The translations under genes and the position numbers were made by a program. 64,000 nt of DNA. Origin: Chiloscyllium plagiosum. Taxonomy: Eukaryota. The notes below the pieces were generated by a model that made no database searches, was not told the DNA's origin, and worked only from the letters and a program-made list of their open reading frames with translations. The stretch spans positions 5,079,535 through 5,143,534 of the forward strand of contig NC_057752.1 of assembly GCF_004010195.1 (NCBI RefSeq), given 5' to 3'. Positions 23,231 through 36,194 of this stretch are shown here, one piece after another (the first letter of the stretch is position 1; each line of letters starts with the position of its first letter).

Positions 23231-26200
23231 ATATTTATTTCACCTACAGTGTTCAATGCAAGGACAAAGAAAATCCTATCACAAACAACAGCATTTTAAA
23301 GAGCGCAATAAATTAACCTATCCACAATTTTATGAGCAGTAAAACAGCACTGGCAGTGATACTGCCTTTGACCACAGCTTCTCACAATAAGTGCAGAATC
23401 AGTAAACCTCCACACAATAGATATATTTAATAACCATGTTTGGTGAAGTCTATCTCTGTGGCATAATTGTTTCTACCCATTTAAACCAGTACATGACTGC
23501 ATGTTGGTGTCACTGATGTGGCACCAGCGAGAACTATTATCCATAGTTGTGCAAGATAACTGTGTGGGATAATGCTGATCTGTCTTTCTGGTGTTGTAAG
23601 CCATGAGACACATTCTGCTTCAGTATGCATACAGAGGCAGAGGAGCAAACCTATGATAAAGATATCAAGACAACTATGTCTCACACAGATTCATATTACC
23701 CTGAGGTAGTTGGTAGGTGCTGAATTTCCTAAAACCTGACATTGTTTTTCTGAAACTTTTTCCATAATTCACAATGCCCACATATTACCCAACTATTCAC
23801 TATCAAGGGAGCCAAGTATGCCTGAAAATCCAGAGCTTATCGTGGTAAATGTGCTTCCTTACCATCAGAATAACCGCACCTAACTGTGCATTATGTGAAT
23901 AATACCCAAAGGAAAAGAGAGGGTTTTGAACTTTTGAGGGTCAACGGTATGAATCCAGTATTCTGATAATTGACTTTTAATTGCAAAATTGGTCCTTACA
24001 AGTTCAAGTCAAACTCTCCATTTGGCAAAGCCATATTCAGCACAGAACTCAGTTTTATGCTGTTCTTACCCAAAGTAAAAGCTTGCCTGAAAAGAATGAA
24101 TGTCAAAGGCACAATTCAGATGCACACAGTACTGTTTAATGACAATTTATTAAAGAAAAAATTGCTTTGTGCAATTTATCTTGTAGATGATTTATGCTGT
24201 CCTCAGAAGTTTACCTTATCACTGCTTATGATTTGGAGAGTGTAGAACTGTCCAGTGAAGAAAATATTGTACACTATCGCCTACATTGCAAGCTCATCTT
24301 CATGATCTGATATTAGAAGCAGTGGCTGCATTTGTTGGTGTAGGTCAGAAATGACAGTGTGGGTTATAATTGACATAAAGGGCCATGTATGAAAATGGGG
24401 CTCAGATTGAAAATAACAGTGACATTTTTAGGTACATCCTGCTTACAACAGCTAACCTCCTGATAGTCTGTTCCACTTTAGCTGGACAGTTCTGACTAGC
24501 TGGGAACATCAGCACCAATCTTTTCAATCTAGCAGACAGTAGCAAACAATCATTGAGTCTTTAATTATTTTCCTCTCTGTTTTGGTTACTTACAACTCAG
24601 CATTATATGCATAGAAATAATTAACTGATTTGAATAACTAGAAGAAAATTTTCAAAGAAGAAAAAAAGACTTGCATTTCAGTAGCACTTTTCATGAGCAA
24701 TTAATTTCTAAAACTGCCCTGGAGCTACAAAAGTATTTTTGCAGTGTAGTCACTGATGGAATGTAGTAAACGACATAATGTAGCAATAACACCAACTTTC
24801 CTCACTAGTTTATGTTCTTTATCTTTTTGCAATGACTTACATCTTGAGAGAAACATATTCCATGTTTTTGCCTAGCTAAGAATCAAAGGTAAGATCATTA
24901 CATCTTCCTAACTAAATGTACCACACAATCATGTAAACTGTGGTGATATAAAAACGGCAATTCCTCTCCTGGACCGCAGTTCCTGGTAGGAAAATAATAT
25001 AATGGTAATCTGTAAAAGTAAGCCCAGGCTACTCAGAGCAGCCCAGTAAGAAATAGGTGAGGAATATTCATAGCAATTATTAGGGTGGGACAGGACTGAT
25101 TAGTTTGTTTTTTTTTTCAATTCTGCTGTTATCCAATTCTCTACTAAGGAAGGGGATAAACATCTGTTTAATAGTAGCAGTTTATAAAAGCTACTGTTTA
25201 AGGAAACTTTATACATGTGAAAATGAAGATTTATTTGCGACCTCTTCCAGCTGAACATTTACAGGTTTTTGCTGGTAATGCTTTCTGCTGAATGGATAGC
25301 TAGCAGAAAGATGCTTACTGGCTTCACAACTGAGAAACACACACGCACAAAAATGCCCTTCTAGTACCTGCCTAAACACAATCAAAATGTTACTTTTATC
25401 AGACTTGGAAGATGGTGACTGTACATGACTTGATTATAAAGAACTAACTGCAACTGTTATTCCTTTATTCAGTTATTATAAATTGTAATGCCTCAGCTTG
25501 TTTCAGCAGTGAAGAGTTGAACTGGACAGATCAGAAAGAAAATCATTTTTAATCACAAATGTGTGGTGTCCTCTCCCTGATCCTTGACCTGCTTGCCACA
25601 TAAATGGTCAACATCCTATATTTTACAATCAAACAAGGTGCAGCAAATTAATACAGAAAAATTCTTCTGCATGAAATATGTTCAACATTGCATTGATAAA
25701 GCCATGAAACCAATTTGCTGGTTGGAAAAGAGAGGTTTTTCAATCTCTAGGAATTAGAAGGGACAGATCACTAAGGAAATAAAATTAGGGATAGAGAGTC
25801 TTTTGGGCCATCATGTGATTACTCACTTTGTTCAAGTATATTCAGATAAAAAAAATTTACATTGATGTATGGGACACAGTCGTAAAATGCAGGTAGAGAT
25901 TCAGCTTGATGATAGTGCAAAACAAGGAATGAAAATATATGTATTAAAAACCCTTGAATTATTAACTATCTCACTTATTCTATCCTTGTAAAGATTATAG
26001 ATGAATGGGTTGACAACAAATACACATTTGAATGGGGTTTGATATCTCACTTGTTCTTTGGGGTATTCTAACAATATGTAGAACCATCTGGAACAGTATT
26101 GACTGTTTCCATAGCAATCCCTTTTTTATGGTTGCTGCAAGACAACTGCCAATTCCATTTCTCTGAAAACATCATGAACCAATGCTCGCCAGTTTTATCG

Positions 26201-26404
26201 TGACGTAAGTGATGACATCTGTATTCTGTATTTTCCTCACAATATTAAGACCATTAACAATTTGCTTTAACAACTGAGGAAAATACCTAAATGAAAAATT
26301 CATCATTAGCCCGCAGCTAAATAGGAAAAAAAAATTCATCGTGTTAGGGGCACATTAATATCTTCAACAGCCTTGTTGAGGGGAAATTCAATGCCAATTG
26401 TATG

Positions 26405-26500
26405 AAGGGCTCTTGTGGTGCAGTAGCAGTGCTCTACTTCTGAGCCAGGAGGCCAGGGTTCAAATTCCATCCTTCTCCAGAAATGTGTAATAATATCGCA
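26405..26500 (+). mobile_element. tRNA-derived SINE head
   Basis: GGCTCTTGTGGTGCAGTAGCAGTG (A box) ... GGGTTCAAATTCC (B box); related heads at ~2935-3000(-), 28447-28550(+) and 50235-50300(-). Confidence 0.6.
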
Positions 26501-26556
26501 AGAATAGAATCCCTACAGTTTTTCATCGAATCCCTACAGTGTGGAAACAGGCCATT

Positions 26557-27701
26557 CATAGAACATAGAACATAGAACAATACAGCACAGAACAGGCCCT
26601 TCGGCCCACGATGTTGTGCCGAACTTCTAACCTAGATTAAGTACCCATCCATGTACCTATCCAAATGCCGCTTAAAGGTCGCCAATGATTCCGACTCCAC
26701 CACTCCCACGGGCAGCGCATTCCATGCCCCCACCACTCTCTAGGTAAAGAACCCACCCCTGACATCTCCCCTATACCTTCCACCCTTCACCTTAAATTTA
26801 TGTCCCCTTGTAACACTCTGTTGTACCCGGGGAAAAAGTTTCTGACTGTCTACTCTATCTATTCCCCTGATCATCTTATAAACCTCTATCAAGTCACCCC
26901 TCATCCTTCACCATTCCAATGAGAAAAGGCCTAGCACTCTCAACCTATCCTCATACGACCTATTCTCCATTCCAGGCAAAATCCTGGTAAATCTTCTCTG
27001 CACCCTCCGCAAAGCTTCCACATCTTTCCTATAGTGAGGCGACCAGAACTGCACACAGTACTCCAAATGTGACCTAACCAAAGTCCTGTACAACTGCAAC
27101 ATCACTTCACGACTNNNNNNNNNNNNNNNNNNNNNNNNNNNNNNNNNNNNNNNNNNNNNNNNNNNNNNCTTCGTATCATCTGCAAATTTACTTACCCACC
27201 CTTCGACTCCCTCATCTAAGTCATTAATAAAAATTACAAACAGCAGAGGACCCAGAACTGATCCCTGCGGAGCTCCACTTGTAACTGGGCTCCAGGCTGA
27301 ATATTTACCATCTACCACCACTCTCTGCCTTCGACCGGTTTGCCAGTTTTCTATCCAACTGGCCAAATTTGCCTCTATCCCATGCCTCCTGACTTTCCGC
27401 ATAAGCCTACCATGGGGAACCTTATCAAATGCCTTACTAAAATCCATGTACACTACATCCACTGCTCTTCCCTCATCCACATGCTTGGTCACCTCCTCGA
27501 AGAATTCAATAAGACTTGTAAGGCAAGACCTACCCTTCACAAATCCGTGCTGGCTGTCCCTAATCAAGCAGTGTCTTTCCAGATACTCATAAATCCTATC
27601 CCTCAGTACCCTTTCCATTACTTTGCCTACCACAGAAGTAAGACTAACAGGCCTGTAATTCCCGGGGTTATCCCTATTCCCTTTTTTGAACAGGGGCACA
27701 A
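26557..27701 (-). mobile_element. Young 5'-truncated CR1 LINE (RT domain to 3' end) inserted in a SINE
   Basis: Uninterrupted RT frame [46 protein letters not shown]; (CATAGAA)3 tail; CATTCA on both sides. Confidence 0.95.
27115..27168. other. Assembly gap (54 N), shorter than the CR1 sequence it should replace
   Basis: Other CR1 copies in the window carry roughly 300 nt between FADDTK and SxEVMLxLY. Confidence 0.9.
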
Positions 27702-28113
27702 CATTCAGCCCAACAAGTCCACACCGACCCTCCGAAGAGCAACCTATCCAGACCCATTGCCCTACTCTATTAATCTACATTTACCCCTGACTGATGTACC
27801 TAACCTACACATCCCTGAACACTATGGGAAATTTAGCATGGCCAATTCACCTAACCTGTACATCCTTGGACCGTGGGAGGAAACCGGAGCACCTGGAGGA
27901 AACACATGCAGACACGGGGAGAATGTGCAAATTCCACACAGACAGTTGCCCGAGATTGGATTTGAACCAGGTCCCTGACGCTGTGAGGCAGCAGTGCTAA
28001 CCACTGAGCCACCGTGCTGCCCCTCTAAATCTCTCAACAGGTTGATAAGGAAATATCTGCAATTTGTATGATTTCCTCAATTTGCAATACTAATGGGCTT
28101 TTCTTTTAGACTG

Positions 28114-28297
28114 CAGGTCGTTCTTCTATAATGCAATGGTTGCATTGTTGTGCAACCCCACGTTACAGAAAAATCACGCTTTAGAAACAACACTTAAAGT
28201 GTTGGCAATGTAATCCCGTTACAGCCAACACATGTTTAAAAGTTTGCGTTACAGCAAATTCGCGTTAATGAAACACATGTTACAGCAGAACGAACTG
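28114..28297. mobile_element. Tc1/mariner (pogo/Tigger-type) MITE, 184 bp
   Basis: TIRs CAGGTCGTTCTTCTATAA / TTACAGCAGAACGAACTG; TA on the right, TG on the left; related to the MITE at 56578. Confidence 0.75.
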
Positions 28298-29169
28298 TAT
28301 CAGGTGAGACAAGATGATTTTACTGTGGAAAGAAACAACTGTCATTCCAAACTGTGCGCCATCCCACATACCTGCAGTACAGCACATGACTTCAACTCCA
28401 CAACAAGTTTTGTGCTCATAAATAGCTCTGAGTCCACAGTTGTACTGGGTTTTGTGGTGTAGTGGTAGTGTCCCTATCTCTCGGCTGGAAGGTCTGGCTC
28501 AAGTCCCATCTAACCTGGAGATGTGCCATCACATGAGTAGCTCTGATGTTGAGTATGCCAAAGGCTCCAAATTCAACCCCACCCATTCTGTATTCAAACT
28601 CTATGACAGCTTTCAACAGAACTCATATGACAACCGTCAGTGGATACACTCTCTATCACCCGTAAGCTTGTTGGCTGCTTTATCTCTGTGTATCACTCAT
28701 TCATTGATTCCTTTTAGTCATCCGTTTTTTAACTTAACTCTTTGCCTTTTTATTATCCCACCCCCTGTCCAAATTTACAGCTGTCCTCTCTGTTTAAGAA
28801 TGAGTGACTTCTCAGCTGTAGGTTCACTGGTGAACTAGCCATCCTTGAGTTATCAATTAGAAGCAATCACTGATTGCATGCACAAATGATACAGCTGATC
28901 TGTCAACTATAATTTCCTTCAATCCTGCATGTGGGTTTTCATTGGACAGTACTGTGATGGCTGTCCATAGAAGTTTTATTGGGAATTATTGTAGAGGCTG
29001 AGCTCAAAGGTGAAAGCAGAGTTGACCTGAGGAGTTGTAACAGAAGTGAGCTCGGAACTGGAATAAAATGAGGATGCAGATGATGCACAAAAGTGAATGC
29101 CCACATCCCAAGACAGTCAATCATGATGAACAAAATATCTTAACTACAAATTTGTTTTTTTTTGAAAAG

Positions 29170-29830
29170 AAAACTCACGGCATGTGGGCTTTGCTGACTG
29201 GGTCAGCATTTATTGGCTATCCTTTACTGCTCTTGAGAAGACGGTGGCGAGCTGCCTTTTCAACCTCTGCATCCCATGTGGTATAGAGATGCTGTTAGGG
29301 AGGGAGTTCCAACATTTTGATCCAGTGACAGTGAAATAATGGCAAAATATTTCCAATTCAGGATGGTGAGTGGCTTGGAGTGGAACGTGCAGGTGGTGGC
29401 GTTTTTGTACATCTGCTGCTCCTGTCTTCCTAGATGGAAGTGGTCATGGGTTTGAAAGGTGCTGTCTAAGTTGCCTTGGTGAATTTCTGCAGTGCATTTT
29501 GTAGGTAGTACACGCTGCTACTACTGAGCGTCGGTGGTGGAGGGAGTGAGTGTTGGAGGTAGTATATGTGGTGCCAATCAAGTGGGCTGCTTTGTCCTGG
29601 ATGGTGCTGAGCTTTTCAAGTTGCACCCATCCAGGCAATTGGGGAGTATTCCATCACATTCCTGATTTGTAGATGGTGGATAGGCTGTGGGAAGTCAGGA
29701 GGTGAGTTACACGCTGCAGAATTCCTAATCTCTGAGCTGCTCTTGTAGCCACAGCATTTATATAGATAGTCTAGTTTGGTCTCTGGTCAATGGTCACCCT
29801 GTTGATAGCGGGGGACTCAGTTGACTGAAT
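29170..29830 (-). mobile_element. CR1/L2-group LINE 3' fragment (second family)
   Basis: ORF IQDKAAHLIG...HSLHHRRSVVAACTTYKMHCRNSPR.LRQHL and 3' tail CAGCATTTATTG (on +). Confidence 0.8.
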
Positions 29831-31666
29831 GGCTAGAAATATATTCCTTTGTCAGTGCTGTACCAGTCAAGCAGGTCAAGTGAAAATCACATAGTGACCT
29901 GTACATCTAGTTTGGCCATTTTGTGCTGGGTAGTCATCAAGATTTTATCAGAAACTGACAAGAGGAGCACAAGCAAAAAAAGGAACCTTTCATTTTACCA
30001 ACCCCATATTTTGGATATAAAATATAAATTTTCTATACACGTAAATCAGTAACTAAAAGGATAGTTAGATAATTTGATGGAGGAGAAGGAAATATGCTGA
30101 TAGGGTTAGATGGATGAGGTGGGTGGAGGTTGTGTGGAGCAAAATCCCTGGTATAGATCAGTTCAGGAGAAAAGCCTATTTCTGTACTGTAATTCTAATC
30201 AAAAGCATGGATTTCTTATTTGCATACCAAAAAATAACATCACGTGCCTTTTAAAGCTTCAGTGTCTCTTGCCTAATAACCATTCACAATGCAGCAAAAA
30301 CAACTCAACCTGAGAATTCACAAACTGGACCGTCAATTGCCTGATTGCTGCAATGAAAGTTATATAATTTTTTAAAAGGAAAACAATTGTTTATTATAGT
30401 TATAGCAGACCCCGATTATCAAGAGGTAACCAAGACTATAAATTTCAGAGGTTTGTAGGTATATGGTCAAGCCAGTTCTGTGGTGTCTGTAATTTCCTGA
30501 GTTTGTGTCATGAGAAGAGTCATTGCTGAGTTTGCTATTTTTATTTCTTGTTATACACATATGTCCATTCACATATGTTTTGCAAATCATCAATAAAATG
30601 TTTTAAAAGGGTTAGAAAATACAAACAATCAAAAATGTTAAATTACTGACCAAAGTTCGAATGCGGTCACAACCTTCATTTAGATATTGGTCCATAAAAA
30701 GGTCCTTAATTTAAGGGAAACCCAATTTCAGCATCTCTCAAAGGGAGGTTTCAGTAATGCTTCAGAGTGTCATCTAACCAAGACTTATCTCATCGGTTAA
30801 TTCAAATCCCACATTTTAAAACCCCAGTTTAACTTCTCCTTCAAATACTTTGAAATCATTCCAAATGTAACTTTGAAGGAATCTGTTGTAATCCAGCAGT
30901 TTTCTAAAGGCTTCCTGTTTAAGATACTGAGACAAAAACACAGGGCAATAACAAGCATTTGCCATCATCTTCACAAAGGCGTATTATTAGACTAACAGTG
31001 TGGAAAACTAACAGGCACATGACAGGGTTTGAGACCAAAAGTTTTCAGTTTTATTTATTTCCTGGTTTCCTCCTCCTCCCCCGCCCCCACCCCCATTTTG
31101 GAAGAGATTTGCACCTGTTCCCTCCGACTACTGTTTAGTTGAGAGGGTAACCATGTGACTTGTGCCTCAGCCTCTGCCAGACCCATGTCCAGCTAATCCA
31201 AGTTGGCCCAGATATTTTCCCTATGGAAGATGTGATTCACCTCCACTTGAATCCTCTGACTGTTGCATCCTCCTTTAGGGGGATGGACTCAGCATCCATT
31301 GCAGGAAAACTCCTGGACTACTTGCAAGGTGAGTTTCTCATTTCAGTCTGGGATGTTGCAGATGTCAACTGCAAGTACTTGAACTGCAGAGAATGTCAGG
31401 GGAATAAGACGGTGAGTGAAAAACTATAAATTCAAATATTGTGTGTTTAAAGAGGCTGTATGCTTCAGTCAATTTGTTCTGGTGTGCACTTTGCTATATT
31501 AAAGGTATTATTGGAACGTCAAGTCATAATATTTTGTAGTACCAGAATATACCTTTCTTTCAAAGATACATAACAATGTAATGTTATAAGAGAACAATTG
31601 TAATTTTAAAAAAATGCACAGAAGTATTCTGTGACATGACAGTCTGATTGCAAAATGACCATCAAT

Positions 31667-32110
31667 AACTTGCATTTATATAGTTCTGTTAACAGGGTAA
31701 AGTGTCTTAAGGTGCTTCACAGGGATATAATAAGACTAAATTTAGCACTGAGCCACTTAAGGAGATTTTAGGGCAGATAAACAAAAGCTTGATCAGAGAG
31801 GTAGGTTGTACTGTAATCAGTGTAAGGGGGAGAGGGTAGTTTGATGCAGAGAAGGAATTCCAGAAATTTGGGCCCAGGCAGCTGGTGGTAAAAGTATTAA
31901 AATTGGGGATGTGCAGTAGTCCATAGTTAGATATGTAAGATGATTTTAGGTTTGGAGGAGGTTACAGAAACAGGAAAAGGTGAAGTCAGGGTGAGTTCTG
32001 AAAATCAGGACAATAATTATAAAATTGAGACATTCCCAAAATGGGAACTGACCTGGTAGGTCAGCGAGCATAGGGGTGATGGATGAAAACGAGACTTTGT
32101 GTGAGTTAGG
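31667..32110 (-). mobile_element. L2 LINE 3' fragment
   Basis: AACTTGCATTTATATAG...AAGGTGCTTCACAGG tail and GAATTCCAGA..TT.GGGCCCAGGCAGCTG. Confidence 0.65.
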
Positions 32111-33375
32111 CATCTCCTGCTATTCAAGAGAGCTAAGGTTAATAACCGATTCATGCCACCACTGTATATCAAACATTTATAACACAGACTGCTGACGCAT
32201 GATCTAAGCATCAATTAGCTTTATGTTTTAGTTGGCTTTTGATAATATACATTATCTTTTTTTTCAAGGGAAGATGGTTTTCTTTCTTATGCAAAGTAAA
32301 GATATCGCATCAGCAATTATTGCCTAATGTTTGCTCCCTGTAAAATCAGCCAGAGCTGGTCAAAAACCACCCATATCAAACTCCACTCACGTCCCTGGCG
32401 TTACTGCACTTCTGATTCACACAAGTTTGCTTTTGTAAAAGTTTGAAAAGGGTCTTTGTGGGAAATGATGACTGGTGCTGTTTTTGTACATATTGGGAAA
32501 AGATTCAGAAATTCAGCATTCTCGTTTCTGTTGTGAGCCAAGTCATTTGCTGGTACTTTGGGAAAGTCTCATTGTGTTTCTTTATTACCAAAGTTCAGCT
32601 TTTATGACAAAGGTATAAAACCGAACACAATAATCTGTAGAAAATGTATAAACAGCTGTGAGGCTAAATAACACAGGGGCAGGGAAGTGGGATACTGTTC
32701 TTGTTGGTGGCCTGGGTTTAATAAGCATTAAATTAGTGTGAAAGGAGACAGCTAATGAGCAACACGATCTGCCAGATTCAGAGTTAATCATTGACTTAAA
32801 TACAAAAACCAACAGCCCCGGCACACGAGGAGGGAATTAGACACAGTAAAAGGGGAGAAACTGACAGGATTACTGAGAGGCTGACATAATGAGAAATAAG
32901 AGTGAGAAAGAAGCATGTGTGCATGAGGGAAAGGAAAGGAGGAAGGAACAGACAACATGTAAAAATAATTTGAGAGACATCAAGAATGGAGGAATGAGGG
33001 AAGTTGATTTATGCAAGATATAGTGCAAAATTCAGGTTCTGAAAATTAGTCTTTACCTGTGGCAAGAATTCTTTTTCCACAGTTTTTGAAATGTAAAAAG
33101 GATTATCATTTCAAAATAAGAAAGAACTTAGAAATGTATTTGCACAGAAGGTTATTGGAGCATGAAATACCACAGGGAGTGGTTGAGGCACAGACCATTG
33201 TGTCTTTTAAGAGAAAATTGGTAAACATTTGAAACAGAAAAAAAACAGGGCCGCGGGGAGGGAGTGAAGCAGCAGGATTAGTTTGGGATTGCTGTGGCGA
33301 AGAGAAAATGGGAGGTGTGTAGTCTTTCTGATGGAGTGGATATGTAGTTCAAAGCACATCTTGGGGCCATTGAGG

Positions 33376-33600
33376 CAAAAACAGAAGTTGCTGGAAAAGC
33401 TCAGCTGGTCTGACAGCATCTGTGTGAAAAAAAATCAAAGTTAATGTTTCAGGTCCAGTGACCCTTCCTCAGTTCTGAGAAAGGGTCACCGGACCAGAAA
33501 TGTTAACTTTGATTATTTTTCACAGATGCTGTCAGACCTGCTGAGCTTTTCCAGCAACTTCTGTTTTTGTTTCTGATTTATAGCATTCGCAGTTCTTTCG
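33376..33600. mobile_element. Penelope-derived ~195-bp palindrome carrying two back-to-back hammerhead motifs
   Basis: Arms 33376-33472 and 33475-33569 are near-perfect reverse complements. Plus strand CTGAGAAAGGGTCACCGGACCAGAAATGTTAACT; minus strand CTGAGGAAGGGTCACTGGACCTGAAACATTAACT. Confidence 0.8.
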
Positions 33601-33911
33601 GTTTTTATTCAGGACCATCGAGGTTGTGAGCAGTGACAACAGTTTTGCCTGGAGCCTGGGCTCTTGGCAGTGTCAGTGAGGTGGCAGCCAGGGTCTCCTG
33701 GGGCATTGGTGTCATCATTGCTGTTCCCTGAGCAGTACTCCTTGAGGGCCGAAACACCTTCCAGAGACCTTGCAGAAGCCCTGAAACCATGGTTGAGACA
33801 CTAGTTTGAACAGAAGATGAACTCTTAATTAAGTAATTTCTTTTTATCCTTATTATAACTCAAAATGGTGCTGGGCTATGGTGACAAAACAGTTTTCATT
33901 GTATCTTTAAG

Positions 33912-34334
33912 AGACAAGGTTCCCCATGGGAGACCGTTTGGTATGCTTTCCTTTATTGGTCAGAGCATTAAGTACAGGAGTTGGGAGGTCATGTTGCAGC
34001 TGTACAGGACTTTTGGAATATTGCATGCAATTCTGGTCTCCTTCCTATCAAAAGGATGATGTGAAACTTGAAAGGGTTCAGAAAAAAATTACAAGGATGC
34101 CAGGGTTGGAGGATTTGAGCTATAGGGAGAGGCTGAACAGGCTGGGGCTGTTTTCCTGGAGCATCGGAGGCTTAAAAGGCATCTGGATGGGTATATGAAT
34201 AGGAAGGGTTTGGAGGGATATGGGCCATCTGCTGGCAAATGAGACTAGATTAGGTTAGGATATCTGGTCAGTATGGACGAGTTGGACTGAAGGGTCTGTT
34301 TCTGTGCTGTACATCTCTATAACTATATGACTGT
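33912..34334 (+). mobile_element. Internally deleted CR1 3' fragment, inserted in another retroposon
   Basis: DKVPHGR joined directly to FGMLSFIG...LERVQ; TCTATAACTATATGACT tail; host element tail TACACGTGACAATAAATCATTCATTCA resumes at ~34335. Confidence 0.85.
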
Positions 34335-35852
34335 ATACACGTGACAATAAATCATTCATTCACTCTTAAGACATTTGCCAAGGAGTAAGATGGAGTCAGT
34401 AGCTCGGGAACAGATCTTGTGGCAGTCAGTATTCCTGACTATTACCCTTCTGAAAGTGCATGTCTGGGCTTCCTGTAGAACAGATTGGGGGATCAAACTT
34501 GGGACCTTTCTGGTTAGTATGGTCTTAGTCAGCTGAGCCAGTTGACTAGAAAATTTAGTAGAGGTATAGTGTATGTTTTTTCACTATTTGGCTACTATAA
34601 TAATGATCTTGGGTTCAATCATGTGTCTTGTACAAATAAGTTCATATTGACTGGTTGGGAGCAACAATGTACTGTGTGTCAGGAAATACATCATAGAAAA
34701 TGGTCCATTTTTAAACAAGACTGGATTGTCAAATGACTGAGAAATACACACGAAGCAGGCCATCAGACAACTTCAAAAAAATCTGATTCATGATCTCTGC
34801 TTGTGTGAAAACAGGATTGAAGAAGGACTAATATTTTCCCTTATGCCCTTCCAAAGCACTTTGAATTATTTTTCTAGGTTAAAGTATTAGTATGGGACAG
34901 TTACCAGGCTCCAGTCTGAACGAAGAACACAAACTCGTCATTGCCTACAACCCAAACAGGGAGCTTTTATCCTGTAGCTGAGTACTCTGCATAGGCTCAA
35001 ACCAGTCCTAACAAGCTCAGAACCTGGCTGAAGACTCAGCAGTGTCACATGACACACCTCTTGAAGATCCATGAGGGCTGGTTATCTGTCCACTGATATC
35101 AGTTCCAGGAATGGGGTATCTTGTCACTTTGTGCATGGTGTCAGCATCAAGCATGTTCAAATTTATACAAGTTAGATAAGGGTAAAGCTCCGTTTTTGCT
35201 GTCCCATCAATCAGACTTGACTCTTTTAAAAGAACACTAGATAGAAGCTGGAGTAAACCTTAGGAACTCAGGAACAGGAGTAGGTCATTCAGCCCATCAA
35301 GCCTGCTCTGCCATTTCATACAATCATGGCTGATTGAATACTCCATGCCTTTTACATGCTATCCCTATAACCCTTTATGCCATTGATAATTACAAAGTTA
35401 TTGACTTCTAACCTTACAGCCTATTGAGCTTGCTCTGACATTAATACAATTATAGTAAACTGTTGAGGTCCCAACACTAATCTTTACAGCACTCCACCAA
35501 TTACAACCTGTCAACTTGAAAGTTCCTTCTTATCCCTATGCTTTGCTTTCTGTTCATTAAGCAATCTTTTATTCATACTAATGTAATACTCTCAACACAT
35601 GAGGTTGTTTTGTCTATTAGCCTGTTGTGTAATACCTTATCAAATGCCTTTTGAAAATCCAGGTGTACTATACCTACAGGTTCCTCTTTATCTATCCTAT
35701 TAGTTTTCTGCTGGGAGGCAGGTTAATAATGATTAGTCATCAAAGCAAGGTTGCATATAAGTGGTATGGCTTTTTTTGTACCATAGCCAGGGGATGGAGG
35801 CAGTCCCTAAGTCTGCCTCTGCTGGAATAGGGAGCGAACCCTGTGCTATTTA

Positions 35853-35965
35853 TAGAATCCCTACAGTGTGGAAACAGGCCATATGGCCCAACAAGTCCAC
35901 ACTGACCCTCTGAAGAGTATCTCACCCAGATCCATTCCCCTACCCTATTACTCTATATTTCCCTA
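35853..35965 (-). mobile_element. HE1-type SINE 3' tail
   Basis: ATAGAATCCCTACAGTGTGGAAACAGGCC...CCCAACAAGTCCACACTGACCCTC. Confidence 0.8.
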
Positions 35966-36194
35966 TTGGCATTAATCTGAACCACATGCAAACTGTCCAG
36001 CCAACCAAGCTAACTGACCCGACTACTAGTAGGGTCAAAAAACTCCGAGGAACTTGTTAAACATGATGTACCTTTTGGAACACCATATTGACATGTTATA
36101 ATAATTCTATGATTTTCTAAGTGCATTGTTTAGACTTCCTTAATAGTAGAATCCAGCATTTTCCTGCGAATTGATGTCATGCTAACAGATCTTG

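Larger units (their letters stand above)
26528..28023 (-). mobile_element. HE1/V-type SINE split by the CR1 (pieces 26528-26556 and 27702-28023)
   Basis: GAATCCCTACAGTGTGGAAACAGGCCATTC continues as AGCCCAACAAGTCCACACCGACC after the LINE; intact tRNA head near 27955-28023. Confidence 0.9.

Noticed and set aside
27955..28023. tRNA gene
   Set aside because: The A/B boxes belong to SINE heads that continue into the SINE body; no complete cloverleaf.
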